The notes: a model not told the origin generated them from the letters alone. A DNA stretch of 64,000 bases from Kiritimatiellia bacterium (GCA_045599105.1 JAZRVL010000054.1:2670-66669), one strand, 5' to 3'. Positions 52,417 to 62,681 are shown, numbered from the stretch's first letter. Translations and numbers: made by a program.

Positions 52417-54363
52417 ATGGTAAAGACACCAAAGTTCGCGAATGAAAAAGTCTTCGCGTGGGTTGACAAGTGGAACAAGATCTGCACGCCAGATAAGATT
52501 GTGGTAGTGACGGGATCGAAGAAAGAACATCTTGCAATTTGCGAGATGATGGTCAAGAAGGGCCAGTTCATTAAGCTTAATCCTAAGAAGCGTCCTGAGT
52601 GCTATCTCGCTCGCTCGCATGAAAGCGACGTGGCGCGCGTCGAGGGTCGTACCTTTATTTGCTCGAAGAAGGAAATTGACGCGGGTCCTACCAATCATTG
52701 GATGGAGCCCGAGAAGATGAAAAAGCTTATGATCAAGAGCTATACGGGTTCAATGAAGGGGCGCACGATGTATGTGATTCCTTTTGCGATGGGCCCAATC
52801 GGCAATCCCATTACCCAGTATGGTATTGAAATTACTGACTCGCCTTACGTGGTAGTCAATATGAACATTATGACTCGCACGGGCGATGCGGTGATGAAAC
52901 ACCTCGGCAAGGACGGAGAGTTCATTCCGTGCATTCACTCGGTCGGCGCTCCGCTTAAGAAGGGTCAGAAGGATGTCGCTTGGCCTTGTGCGAAGTCGAT
53001 TGACGACAAGTTCATCACTCAATTTCCAGAAGAGCGCCAGATTTGGTCGTTCGGTTCGGGTTATGGTGGCAATGCGCTCTTGGGCAAGAAGTGCTTCGCG
53101 CTTCGTATTGCATCCAAGCTTGCCAAGGACGAAGGTTGGATGGCTGAGCACATGCTCATCTTGACGCTCACCTCGCCTCAGAAGAAGCAGTATCATGTAA
53201 CTGCTGCATTCCCATCGGCTTGCGGTAAGACCAACCTTGCGATGATGCTTCCTAAGCTCCCAGGATGGAAGCTTCAGACGATTGGTGATGATATTGCGTG
53301 GCTTAAGCCAGGTGAGGATGGTCGTCTCTATGCGATTAACCCTGAAAATGGTTTCTTTGGTGTCGCGCCAGGAACGTCTAACGACTCCAATCCCAATGCG
53401 CTTGAGTCTTGCAAGAAGGGTACGATTTTCACTAACGTCGTTCTTACGCCAGACGGTGATATTTGGTGGGAAGATATGGGCGTTGACGCGCCAGTTGAAG
53501 GTATCGACTGGAAGGGTCAGAAGTGCTATCGTTGCATTGACGATAAGCGTCGCATGGGGCCAAAGCCGGGCATGACCAAGAAGGAAGTAAAGGAGCTTAA
53601 GTATGTGGCGGCGCACAAGAACTCGCGCTTCACCGCTCCTGCGATCAACTGCCCAGTTTTGGATAAGGATGGCTTTAATGGTGTTTACCAGAAAAAGCCA
53701 ACCGGAGTGCCGATTGATGCAATCCTCTTTGGTGGTCGTCGTCCTTCGACAATCCCATTGGTGAACGAGGCGAAGAGCTGGACGCATGGCGTATTCATGG
53801 GTTCGGCTGCAGGATCGGAGGTTACCGCAGCTGTCATCTCTGATCAGATTGGTCAGGTTCGTCGTGATCCAATGGCGATGCTTCCGTTCTTTGGTTACAA
53901 TGTTGCGGACTACTTCCAGCATTGGCTTGAGATGGAGCGCACTTCTGCGGATGCGACCAAGCTCCCTAAGATATACTTCGTTAACTGGTTCCGCAAGACC
54001 GCCAAGGGTGAGTTCATGTGGCCTGGCTTTGGTGACAATAGCCGCGTCCTTAAGTGGATTTGCCAGCGTATTGAGGGCAAGGTTGGTGCTAAGAAAACGG
54101 CAATTGGCAATCTTCCATTTGCAAAGGATATTGACCTTGCAAATAATAAGGGTAAGGACACAGTGTGTCCGAAGTTCTTGGAGGAGATTCTCAAGGTCGA
54201 CAAGGCGGGCTGGATCAAGGAGATTGAGACGATTGGCGCAAGCTACGATGAGTATGACGCCAAGGCCTCTAAAGATACTACTATCTGCTCCAAGACCGCC
54301 AAGCGCGTTCCAGCAGCACTTCGTCAGGTCCTTGCGGATGTGACAGCTGCGCTCAAGAAGTGA
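52417..54363 (+). CDS. pckG: phosphoenolpyruvate carboxykinase (GTP)
   Basis: 648 aa with SFGSGYGGNALLGKKC, FPSACGKTNLAM (kinase-1a P-loop) and NWFR. Confidence 0.93.
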   Translation: MVKTPKFANEKVFAWVDKWNKICTPDKIVVVTGSKKEHLAICEMMVKKGQFIKLNPKKRPECYLARSHESDVARVEGRTFICSKKEIDAGPTNHWMEPEKMKKLMIKSYTGSMKGRTMYVIPFAMGPIGNPITQYGIEITDSPYVVVNMNIMTRTGDAVMKHLGKDGEFIPCIHSVGAPLKKGQKDVAWPCAKSIDDKFITQFPEERQIWSFGSGYGGNALLGKKCFALRIASKLAKDEGWMAEHMLILTLTSPQKKQYHVTAAFPSACGKTNLAMMLPKLPGWKLQTIGDDIAWLKPGEDGRLYAINPENGFFGVAPGTSNDSNPNALESCKKGTIFTNVVLTPDGDIWWEDMGVDAPVEGIDWKGQKCYRCIDDKRRMGPKPGMTKKEVKELKYVAAHKNSRFTAPAINCPVLDKDGFNGVYQKKPTGVPIDAILFGGRRPSTIPLVNEAKSWTHGVFMGSAAGSEVTAAVISDQIGQVRRDPMAMLPFFGYNVADYFQHWLEMERTSADATKLPKIYFVNWFRKTAKGEFMWPGFGDNSRVLKWICQRIEGKVGAKKTAIGNLPFAKDIDLANNKGKDTVCPKFLEEILKVDKAGWIKEIETIGASYDEYDAKASKDTTICSKTAKRVPAALRQVLADVTAALKK

Positions 54364-55175
54364 CACTAAGTGGTGCATTACCACGAGGCCTTATTGAGGT
54401 CTCGAATGAATGTCAAAAGAATTGCCTCTACTGCGGGATCAGGAGAGGCAATTCTTCGCTTATGCGCTATCGTATGAGCGAGGAGGAAGTGCTTGAGTGC
54501 GTAAATGAAGCAGTCGTACGTGGGTATCCAGCAATCGCACTTCAAGCAGGCGAAATTGAGAGCGAGAAAAATACCGCTTTTTACGAGCGCATTTTGCGAG
54601 CATTGCCTAAAGAACTGGAAGTCACTTTGTCGTTAGGTGAGCAAACCCGTGAAGTATATGCGAGATGGAAAGAAGCTGCAGGTAATCGAGTGCTTAGGTA
54701 TTTACTTCGCATTGAGTCGTCAAATAAAGTATTGTACGAAAAGATTCATCCCAAAGAATGTTCGTTTGAGCGACGGGTTAAGGCGCTACGGGACTTAAAA
54801 GAACTAAAGTACATTACTGGCTCGGGAGTGATGATTGGGCTTCCAGGTCAAACGAAAGCGGATTTGGAGCGTGATTTGACGTTTTTTGAAGAAATGAAGC
54901 TTGATATGGTTGGGATGGGACCATATATTCCAGTACCGAACTCTCCAATGCCGTCTTGCACTTTAAGCGTCAAAGAGCGTTTGGAGCTATCGCTTTGGAT
55001 GATAAGTGAAGTTAGACGTAAGATGCCCAAGATTAATATTGTAGCTGCAACCGCGCTTGATGCGCTTGATCCCAAGGGGCGTGAAATGGGGCTTAAGGCG
55101 GGAGCCAATGTAGTAATGCCGATTTTAACCCCCGAAAAGTACGCTACATCCTATAACCTTTACCCTGGGAAATGA
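54360..55175 (+). CDS. radical SAM protein, HydE/BioB-like core, short form
   Basis: CQKNCLYC (CX3CX2C) lies 17 aa from the start. IALQAGE, MIGLPGQT and NVVMP follow. GTG start overlapping the pckG stop. Confidence 0.65.
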   Translation: MTLSGALPRGLIEVSNECQKNCLYCGIRRGNSSLMRYRMSEEEVLECVNEAVVRGYPAIALQAGEIESEKNTAFYERILRALPKELEVTLSLGEQTREVYARWKEAAGNRVLRYLLRIESSNKVLYEKIHPKECSFERRVKALRDLKELKYITGSGVMIGLPGQTKADLERDLTFFEEMKLDMVGMGPYIPVPNSPMPSCTLSVKERLELSLWMISEVRRKMPKINIVAATALDALDPKGREMGLKAGANVVMPILTPEKYATSYNLYPGK

Positions 55176-55217
55176 GATCCTATAAGGTAAATGGCATTAA
55201 ATCAAGCTCATTGGCGC

Positions 55218-55247
55218 TTGACTTGGGTCTTAAGGATTTGGTATTAT
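55218..55247 (+). promoter_or_regulatory. promoter of rplM-rpsI (TTGACT-18-TATTAT with upstream TG)
   Basis: TTGACT at 55218-55223 and TGGTATTAT at 55239-55247. Confidence 0.55.
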
Positions 55248-55360
55248 ACGCATCTCATTTGTCATCGGGGTCTAACCGTTGACGAGCAACAAAGAATAAA
55301 TTAAGCGGACAAAACCCGGGATAATGGGCACAAATCCGCAAAAAAGAAGGAAAAAGAAAT

Positions 55361-55792
55361 ATGCAAAAGAGCTATCGTGCTCCGAACCCAGGCGAAAAGC
55401 GCACTTGGTTCATTGTTGACGCGAAGGATCGTCCACTTGGTCGCCTCGCTGTTCAAATCGCTAACAAACTTCGGGCGAAGGATCTACCTACATTTGATCC
55501 GTCGGTCGATGCAGGTGCGTTCGTGATTGTTAAAAACGCAGCCTTAGTCAAGCTTACAGGCAAGAAAGAAGAGCAAAAGGAATATCAGCGTTATAGTGGA
55601 TATCGGGATGGTCTTAAGCGCTTTAGCGCAGCGACGATGCGTGCTGCTCACCCTGATCGAATGATCAAGGAAGCGGTTTGGGGAATGCTCCCTAAGAACA
55701 ATATCGCACGCAAGATGATGACGCGGCTCAAAGTCTTCGCTGGTGAAGAAATCACTCATACCGCGCAGAAGCCGGTCGAAATCAAGCTCTAA
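55361..55792 (+). CDS. rplM: 50S ribosomal protein L13
   Basis: The W(F)IVDAKDRPLGRLA N-terminus is typical of L13. 143 aa. Confidence 0.95.
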   Translation: MQKSYRAPNPGEKRTWFIVDAKDRPLGRLAVQIANKLRAKDLPTFDPSVDAGAFVIVKNAALVKLTGKKEEQKEYQRYSGYRDGLKRFSAATMRAAHPDRMIKEAVWGMLPKNNIARKMMTRLKVFAGEEITHTAQKPVEIKL

Positions 55793-55808
55793 GGAAGGAT
55801 TTTAGAAA

Positions 55809-56213
55809 ATGGCTACTAAGAAAAATGCTATTGCTGCAGGTACGGGTCGCCGTAAAACTGCGATTGCCCGCGTAAATCTCGTTGATGGCAAGGGTAACTG
55901 GACGGTTAATGGTGTTGCGCTTGAGGAATATATTCCTTCGGAAGCACTTCGCGATTATCTCAAGCAGCCAGTTGCAATTTCGGGTTATGATATTGCTAAG
56001 ATTGATATTGTCGCTTTTGCAAAGGGCGGTGGTATCTCTGGTCAGGCGGGTGCTATTCGTCATGCACTTGCTCGCGCAATTGTTGTGGCTGATGAAGCAA
56101 CTCGTGCAGCGCTCAAGAAGGCGGGTTGTATGACGCGCGACAGCCGTATGAAAGAACGTAAGAAACCCGGTCAGCCGGGCGCTCGTAAGCGCTTCCAGTT
56201 CTCGAAGCGTTAA
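55809..56213 (+). CDS. rpsI: 30S ribosomal protein S9
   Basis: GTGRRKTAIARV and the C-terminal KKPGQPGARKRFQFSKR. Confidence 0.95.
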   Translation: MATKKNAIAAGTGRRKTAIARVNLVDGKGNWTVNGVALEEYIPSEALRDYLKQPVAISGYDIAKIDIVAFAKGGGISGQAGAIRHALARAIVVADEATRAALKKAGCMTRDSRMKERKKPGQPGARKRFQFSKR

Positions 56214-56219
56214 TCTTTC

Positions 56220-57956
56220 ATGGCGTTCGGTTTTTTCAAGAAGCTTGTCAGAGTTTTCTCTGGCAAGCGTCCCGAGCCCACCAAAGCTAATAAGGCGAAC
56301 GAAAATCGGCAGCGGGGTAGGAACAATGGTGGCAAACGTCACCATCGCCAACCCCAACGCGGTAATAATAATCAACCCAAGCGGGGCTCTAATCAGCCAA
56401 GGAACAACAATACCGCGCCCAATGTGTCTCGCCCAGGTGGAGCGATTTCCGACCGTGAAGCGGCTGCTCGTAAGGCAGTGCACGCGAAGTGGGATTTGTC
56501 TTCATTTGTGGTTGAGCCAGTTGAAGGCAAAAAGCGCTTTCACGATTTTGACCTTCCAAGCGAGGTCATGCACGGGGTTGCTGAACTTGGCTTTAAGTAT
56601 TGCACCGAAATTCAAGCGCTATCACTTGAGCAGGCGTTAGCAGGCAAGAATATTGCTGGCAAAGCGCAAACTGGCTCAGGCAAGACAGCGGCTTTCTTGG
56701 TCGCTATCTTGACAAGATACTTGCGCACTCCTGAGAATCGTGCAGAGCGTGGAGGCGTGCCTCGCGCATTGGTGATTGCGCCTACGCGTGAGCTCGTTAT
56801 TCAAATTTGCAAAGATGCGGATGCAATTGGCAAATATACGGGTCTAAGGTCGCTTGCAGTGTATGGTGGTATGGACTACGATCGCCAACGCACGGAAGTA
56901 CTCGCTAAGACGGTAGATTTGTTAGTTGCAACGCCAGGACGACTTTTAGACTTTGTTAAGAGTCGTGTCATTGACTTAGGCAAGGTAGATACGCTTGTTA
57001 TCGACGAGGCTGATCGCATGCTTGATATGGGCTTTATTCCTGATGTTCGTCGTATTATGAGCTATTTACCGGCCAAGGATAAGCGTACAACGATGCTTTA
57101 TTCGGCAACGCTGGACGATACTGTAATGAAGTTGGCGATGAACTGGATGGAAGAGCCGTATATGGCCGAAGTGGAGTCTGAAACTAACGCGACTGATACC
57201 GTGAAACAAGTTGTTTACGTTATCCAAGCGAAGGATAAGTTTACGGTTCTTTACAACCACATTGCGCTTCATCCTGACTCTTCGACGATTGTTTTCTGTA
57301 ACCGTAAGTCAACTACCGATGATGTTTACGAGTCGTTAAAAGTGCGGGGAGTGTCGGTTGAGATGCTTTCCGGTGATGTCAATCAAGGTAAACGCCTTAG
57401 AGTGCTTGATCGCTTCCGCGCAGGCGAGATTAAGGTTGTTGTTGCAACAGATGTAGCAGGGCGTGGAATTGATATTAAGGGACTTGAGTACGTCATTAAC
57501 TTTGACTTCCCGTATGAGGCGGAGGATTATGTCCATCGCATTGGGCGCACAGGCCGTGCGGGCGAAACGGGAGTTGCGATTTCATTTGCGGATGAATACG
57601 AAAGCTGTACAATTCCAGCAATTGAAAAGTATATTAAAGAAGAACTTAAGTGCACGGTTATTGGGCCTGATGATCCACTTTTAAAGCAAGTTCCATCACG
57701 TGGTTCAAAGCTTGGAGAGGTGGATGCGGTAGCGCGCGCTTCGGTTGATGAGCGAGAGGCGGTTGGCGCACGGCAAAAAGCAGCGGCAGCTGCTGTTACT
57801 GGAATTGCGAAGATTAATCTAAGGACGGATGCTCCCAAGCGTACGTTACCTAAGTTTGAACATGCATTAGATGAAAAAACTCCACCTCCTGATGAGAGTG
57901 GTGTTTACGCCAAACCAGTTGAACAAAAGGATGCACTCGAAGAGTGGCAAGTGTGA
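56220..57956 (+). CDS. DEAD-box ATP-dependent RNA helicase with a basic N-terminal extension
   Basis: AQTGSGKT, PTRELV, VIDEADRMLDMGF, SAT and HRIGRTGRAG motifs. The N-terminal ~90 aa are Arg/Asn/Gln/Pro-rich. Confidence 0.9.
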   Translation: MAFGFFKKLVRVFSGKRPEPTKANKANENRQRGRNNGGKRHHRQPQRGNNNQPKRGSNQPRNNNTAPNVSRPGGAISDREAAARKAVHAKWDLSSFVVEPVEGKKRFHDFDLPSEVMHGVAELGFKYCTEIQALSLEQALAGKNIAGKAQTGSGKTAAFLVAILTRYLRTPENRAERGGVPRALVIAPTRELVIQICKDADAIGKYTGLRSLAVYGGMDYDRQRTEVLAKTVDLLVATPGRLLDFVKSRVIDLGKVDTLVIDEADRMLDMGFIPDVRRIMSYLPAKDKRTTMLYSATLDDTVMKLAMNWMEEPYMAEVESETNATDTVKQVVYVIQAKDKFTVLYNHIALHPDSSTIVFCNRKSTTDDVYESLKVRGVSVEMLSGDVNQGKRLRVLDRFRAGEIKVVVATDVAGRGIDIKGLEYVINFDFPYEAEDYVHRIGRTGRAGETGVAISFADEYESCTIPAIEKYIKEELKCTVIGPDDPLLKQVPSRGSKLGEVDAVARASVDEREAVGARQKAAAAAVTGIAKINLRTDAPKRTLPKFEHALDEKTPPPDESGVYAKPVEQKDALEEWQV

Positions 57957-57976
57957 TTACACTTGGAAGTAAAGGA

Positions 57977-59362
57977 ATGAAGGAGCTTGCTGAAGAAAAA
58001 CTCGGCAAGCTCCTTTTGAAGTATTCGTGGCCTGCGTTGGTAGCGATGAGCTTGAACGCGCTTTATGCGGTCATTGATCGTTTTTATATTGGGCAGGGGT
58101 GTGGCGAAGCAGCGATGGCTGGGCTTACGCTCACTTTCCCAGTGATGATGTTATTTGGTGCGTTCGGAGTATTTATTGGTGCAGGGCATGCAGCAATTCT
58201 TTCTATTAAACTTGGGGAAGGTGACTTTGAGGCGTGTGAAAAGTTGTTAGGTGAGTTGATTGCGCTAAAGCTTCTTATTTTCTTTACGATTACACCGATT
58301 ATCTTCTTTAATCTTGATACGATTATTAATTGGTGTGGAGGCGATAAGGTTTCTGTGGAAGCATTTAACGCTGCAAAAACATATCTTAAAATTGTTGTCT
58401 TTTCGCATCTTTTTTCACATCTTGCGTTTGGGCTTTCGGCATTAATGCGTGCAGAAGGGGGAGCGATTCGCTCAATGCTTGCGATGGTAGTGGGCTTTGG
58501 CTCCAATTTGATTTTAGATCCAATTTTTATTTTTGGCTTTAAGTTGGGAATTGAGGGTGCTGCTTGGGCAACGGATATTGCAATGATTTTAAGTTTTCTT
58601 TGGGCAGCTAAATATTATCTATTGGGGGAGACGGGGGTCACTTTTAGGTGGCGCAGAATCGGGCTTTATCGGGAGTTTATTTGGCGTACTTTTGGTGTAG
58701 GGTTTGCGCCATTCTTACAGCAACTATTGGGCTCGGCCATTAATGTTTCTTTGGCAGCTGCTTTTGCGTATTGGGCTTTAGATGAGGAGAGTGCGACCAC
58801 GCAGATTGCGTCACTTGGGGTGTTTCAAAGTGTGATGATTTTGACGGTAATGCCAATTATGGGTGTTCAGCAAGGTCTGCAACCTATCTTTGGCTATAAT
58901 TGGGGAGCGAAAAACTTTCGGCGAGTTAAGGATGCGCTTATCTTGGGCTTTTGGGTGACAACTATACTTTGCGTAATAGCAACTTTAGTGCAAGTAGTGC
59001 CACCGCTTCCAGAATACCTCGCGCGAATGTTTGTTTCGGCGGACAATCTTGAGCTTATCACAATTGCTGCGCATGACTTAATGATTGCTAATTGTATGAT
59101 TTGGTGTATAGGGATTAATGTTGTAGCTACTACCTATTTTCAATCAATTGGCCATCCGTGGACGGCAGTTATCCTATCTACTTTGCGTCAAGGCCTTATT
59201 TTGTTGCCATGTATTTGGATATTGCCGAATTTCTTTGTCGACCATACCTTTGCGATTTGGCTGGCATTGCCGATTTCTGATGTCCTTTGCCAACTTGCCA
59301 CACTTCCGCCGTTTTTTGCGCACACTCGATTTCTCTCACGTGTGCGTTCACGCAAAATTTGA
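57977..59362 (+). CDS. MATE-family efflux transporter
   Basis: ~460 aa and 12-TM-like. N-terminal LLLKYSWPALVAMSLNALYAVIDRFYIGQ is typical of MATE/NorM proteins. Confidence 0.8.
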   Translation: MKELAEEKLGKLLLKYSWPALVAMSLNALYAVIDRFYIGQGCGEAAMAGLTLTFPVMMLFGAFGVFIGAGHAAILSIKLGEGDFEACEKLLGELIALKLLIFFTITPIIFFNLDTIINWCGGDKVSVEAFNAAKTYLKIVVFSHLFSHLAFGLSALMRAEGGAIRSMLAMVVGFGSNLILDPIFIFGFKLGIEGAAWATDIAMILSFLWAAKYYLLGETGVTFRWRRIGLYREFIWRTFGVGFAPFLQQLLGSAINVSLAAAFAYWALDEESATTQIASLGVFQSVMILTVMPIMGVQQGLQPIFGYNWGAKNFRRVKDALILGFWVTTILCVIATLVQVVPPLPEYLARMFVSADNLELITIAAHDLMIANCMIWCIGINVVATTYFQSIGHPWTAVILSTLRQGLILLPCIWILPNFFVDHTFAIWLALPISDVLCQLATLPPFFAHTRFLSRVRSRKI

Positions 59363-59368
59363 TATAAT
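59360..59368 (+). promoter_or_regulatory. extended -10 TGATATAAT, 9 nt before the ATG at 59378
   Basis: Exact TGnTATAAT overlapping the MATE stop. No SD. Confidence 0.5.
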
Positions 59369-59377
59369 CTAGCCCTC

Positions 59378-59866
59378 ATGAATAGCACTTCTACAATTCG
59401 TCAAGCTACGCTCGCAGATGCGGAGAAAATATTTGCGCTTATTAACCTCAATCGAGATCAATTAGTTCCACGTTCGATGGGTAATATTGTTGAGGCGATG
59501 GATAGATTTGTGATTGCGGAATGTATGGGCGAGATGGTGGGCTGTGCGGCTTATCAAATTCATCCTGAAATTGGCTCGCCTGAAGCAGCGACAGTAGAGA
59601 TCGTTTCAGTGGCTGTAAAAAGTATGTTTCGAAAGCAGGGGATTGGGCGAAAGCTTATTGAAGCGGTGATTGATAAAACCAAGGTAATTAGCCCCAAGGA
59701 GATAGTGGTACTTACTTTTGCGCCAGGATTTTTTGAAAAATTGGGCTTTCATGAAGTTGCCAAGACTAAGATTATGCACAAACTTTATACGGGCTGCATC
59801 AATTGTACGAAGCATGCCGATCCATTTACTTGTCCAGAAATTGCAATGATAAAGGAGAAACAATGA
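59378..59866 (+). CDS. GNAT-family N-acetyltransferase
   Basis: RKQGIGRKLIEAV (motif A, Q/RxxGxG/A). 162 aa. Confidence 0.8.
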   Translation: MNSTSTIRQATLADAEKIFALINLNRDQLVPRSMGNIVEAMDRFVIAECMGEMVGCAAYQIHPEIGSPEAATVEIVSVAVKSMFRKQGIGRKLIEAVIDKTKVISPKEIVVLTFAPGFFEKLGFHEVAKTKIMHKLYTGCINCTKHADPFTCPEIAMIKEKQ

Positions 59867-61449
59867 GACCAGTAGTATTGATTATTCGTGATGGCTGGGG
59901 CGTAAATTCGCGCAAAGAGGGAAACTCAGTTTACGGTGCCAAGACACCAGTCATTGACGGCATTCGCGCGCGCTATCCACACTGCTTGTTAGATTGTTGT
60001 GGTGAGGCGGTGGGACTACCTGATGGTTATCAGGGTTCATCAGAAGTTGGACACCTTAATATGGGCGCTGGACGCATTGTTGTGCAAGAGCTCAAGCGTA
60101 TTGATGATGGGCTTAGTTCGGGTGAGCTGTTTAAGAGTGAGAAGTGGACGAGATTGATTGATGCGTGGAAAACGAATAAGTCAACTTTCCATTTCTTTGG
60201 ACTTTTGCAGGATGAGGGCGTGCATGCGCATCAAGAACACCTCTTCAAGCTTATGAAGCGCGCGCGTAGCGAGTACCCGGAAGGGCGCATTGTGGTACAT
60301 CCTTTCCTCGATGGTCGGGACACTCCACCACGCTCAACATTGGAATATATTGCACGACTCAAAACGGAGCTTGCCGCAATTGGCAATGCGACGATTGGTA
60401 CGGCAATGGGGCGCTATTATGGAATGGATCGCGTTAAAAATTGGAAGCTTACCAGTCAGGCGTATAATTGCATTGTTTCGGCCAAGGGTAAGAAGACTGC
60501 GAGCATTGAGGAGTGTGTCAAAGCGGAGTATGAAAACGGCAAGACACCTGATGGCACTCCTATGACTGATGAATATATCCCTTGTTATGTAATTGGGGAT
60601 TATGCGGGAGTTAAAGATGGTGATGTTATTATGCACACCAACTATCGTCAAGATCGGGCGATTCAGCTTACGCAGGCATTTGTCGCCGATGATTATCCAG
60701 GAGAGCGCTTACTACGTCCCAACGTGAAGTTTCTTGGCTTTACGCGTTACTGGGACGAGTTTGAGGATTATCTTTTAGGCGCGATGGGAGCGGGCGGTGG
60801 AATGGATAATCTTTTGGGTGAAGTCGTAGCCAAGGCGGGTATTCGTCAGTTGCGGCTTGCTGAGACGCAAAAATTCCGTCATGTCACGAGCTTCTTTAAT
60901 GGTAAGTCCACGACTCCTTCTAAAGGCGAGGATCAAGTAGAGGTTAAGAGTCGTTTTGATCCTGCGACTTTTGCGTCTCATCCTGAAATGGATGCGTACA
61001 ATGTGACGGATGAGCTCCTTAAGCGAATTAAAGACAATCCGTATGGCTTTATTGTACTCAACTATGCGAACTGCGATATGGTTGGGCATACGGGTGACGA
61101 GAAGGCGGCAACTAAGGCAGTGGAAGTCACCGATGAATGCATTGGCAAGATTTTGCCTGAGCTTATGAAGCTGGATGCACACGTACTTATTTTTGCTGAC
61201 CACGGTAATGCAGAGCAAATGGTTGATTACAAGTCGGGCTTGGCCAAGACATCGCATACGCTTAACTTGGTGGAGTGCTTTTATGTTGCAAATGACGCAG
61301 CAGGAGTTCGGTTGACGCCACTGGCGAAACTTTCCGCAATTGCACCGACTGCGTTACAGATGTTGAATCTTCCAATTCCGAGCGAGATGACTACACCTTC
61401 AATTCTGGCAGGCAAAGAACCTTGGTCAAAGACCGCACTTAACGTCTAA
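59863..61449 (+). CDS. gpmI: 2,3-bisphosphoglycerate-independent phosphoglycerate mutase
   Basis: LIIRDGWG, SSEVGHLNMGAGR and ADHGNAE motifs. ATGA overlap with the GNAT gene. Confidence 0.92.
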   Translation: MRPVVLIIRDGWGVNSRKEGNSVYGAKTPVIDGIRARYPHCLLDCCGEAVGLPDGYQGSSEVGHLNMGAGRIVVQELKRIDDGLSSGELFKSEKWTRLIDAWKTNKSTFHFFGLLQDEGVHAHQEHLFKLMKRARSEYPEGRIVVHPFLDGRDTPPRSTLEYIARLKTELAAIGNATIGTAMGRYYGMDRVKNWKLTSQAYNCIVSAKGKKTASIEECVKAEYENGKTPDGTPMTDEYIPCYVIGDYAGVKDGDVIMHTNYRQDRAIQLTQAFVADDYPGERLLRPNVKFLGFTRYWDEFEDYLLGAMGAGGGMDNLLGEVVAKAGIRQLRLAETQKFRHVTSFFNGKSTTPSKGEDQVEVKSRFDPATFASHPEMDAYNVTDELLKRIKDNPYGFIVLNYANCDMVGHTGDEKAATKAVEVTDECIGKILPELMKLDAHVLIFADHGNAEQMVDYKSGLAKTSHTLNLVECFYVANDAAGVRLTPLAKLSAIAPTALQMLNLPIPSEMTTPSILAGKEPWSKTALNV

Positions 61450-61463
61450 CGGACTTTAAGCGG

Positions 61464-62381
61464 ATGAAGCTTCGGCTCGTCATTACAGCCATCCTCTCTA
61501 TGGGCATCATGGAGGCGGTGGCTGTAGATGCGTCCAATCGCTATCGTTCGTCGCGCAATCCTGAACGTAAGGTTCGTGAATCGACGGAGCTCATCGTATT
61601 GCATACGACTGAAGCGCCAGCACGAAGTTCGCTCAATAAACTTTCGGATCGTGGAGAGGCGCATTTTTGCGTAACCGAGGAAGGCGAGATTTATCGTATC
61701 GTCGACCGCGACAAAGAGGCCTTTCACGCAGGACGTAGTATGTGGCGAGGCAAGGAGGACGTGGATAAGTTTTCAATCGGGATTGAATGTGTGGGTTATC
61801 ACGACAAGCCGATGGGGATGGTGCAACTTAAGGCAATTGCCGAGCTCGTAAGAGAGTTAAAGTCAATGTATCGACTTTCGGATGATCGAGTGGTTTGTCA
61901 TGGTCATATTGCGTATGGTGCGCCCAATAAGTGGCAACGTTATAAGCACCGTGGACGTAAGCGTTGTGGGATGCTTTTTGCAACTCCTACGGTGAGAAAG
62001 ATATTGGGACTTAGGTCGCGCCCTGCGTATGATCCAGATGTGCGGGCGAAACGGCTAATTATTGCAGACGATTACTTAAATCGAGTGCTTTATGGAAGCT
62101 TAGATATCATGAGTAAGCATTATAAGGTGAAGGTTAATACGCCAAGCGTGCTTAGCAAAAAATCTACCATTAATCGTCCACCGGCATCAATTGAGGAATT
62201 AAAACGACGTGGCTATATTCGCAAAGGAATGGTGACTAAAGAGATGACAGCACTTAAACTTGTTGGCGAGAGGTGGAACGATGCGAACACGTACTATACA
62301 ATCAGAGACAAGGTCATTCCAGGGAATATTTTAAACCCAGCCAAGATAGAAAAAGGCATGGGAGTTTGGATAAAGCCATAG
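61464..62381 (+). CDS. secreted N-acetylmuramoyl-L-alanine amidase (Amidase_2/PGRP fold) with a C-terminal extension
   Basis: Signal peptide, then LIVLHTTEAP, FHAGRSMWRG, SIGIECVGYHD and CHGHIAYG. Confidence 0.8.
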   Translation: MKLRLVITAILSMGIMEAVAVDASNRYRSSRNPERKVRESTELIVLHTTEAPARSSLNKLSDRGEAHFCVTEEGEIYRIVDRDKEAFHAGRSMWRGKEDVDKFSIGIECVGYHDKPMGMVQLKAIAELVRELKSMYRLSDDRVVCHGHIAYGAPNKWQRYKHRGRKRCGMLFATPTVRKILGLRSRPAYDPDVRAKRLIIADDYLNRVLYGSLDIMSKHYKVKVNTPSVLSKKSTINRPPASIEELKRRGYIRKGMVTKEMTALKLVGERWNDANTYYTIRDKVIPGNILNPAKIEKGMGVWIKP

Positions 62382-62483
62382 TTACATATTAAGGAATTTT
62401 TGCTATAACGCATACGTTCTTTGCGAGGAGAGGGAAAAGGAGTCGGGGGTCAAGCGGAGGTCGTGCTACACGATCAACTTTTC

Positions 62484-62681
62484 ATGAACGAAAAGCTCGC
62501 GCCCAAAGCGGAGAATATCTTGCGTGAAAATAACGGCAAATCGGCGGTTGCCGTTTATCGGGTATGGAAAAACGAGATTGTCATTACCGATATCGAGATT
62601 GACGGGGTAAGCGTTATTGACGAGCTTTGTATCGGCGCAATGGATTGTGCCGAGGGTAAAAACATATTACCGCTGGGGTAA
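62484..62681 (+). CDS. small hypothetical protein; start uncertain (62421, 62463 or 62484)
   Basis: Only an ORF with plausible composition (MNEKLAPKAENILRENNGKSAVAVYRVWKNEIVITDIEIDG...). No motif recognised. Confidence 0.3.
   Translation: MNEKLAPKAENILRENNGKSAVAVYRVWKNEIVITDIEIDGVSVIDELCIGAMDCAEGKNILPLG

Noticed and set aside
52750-54384. 544-aa minus-strand ORF covering most of pckG
   Set aside because: It is antisense to an unmistakable GTP-PEPCK gene. The translation is Arg/Leu-rich with no motifs, so it is a shadow ORF.
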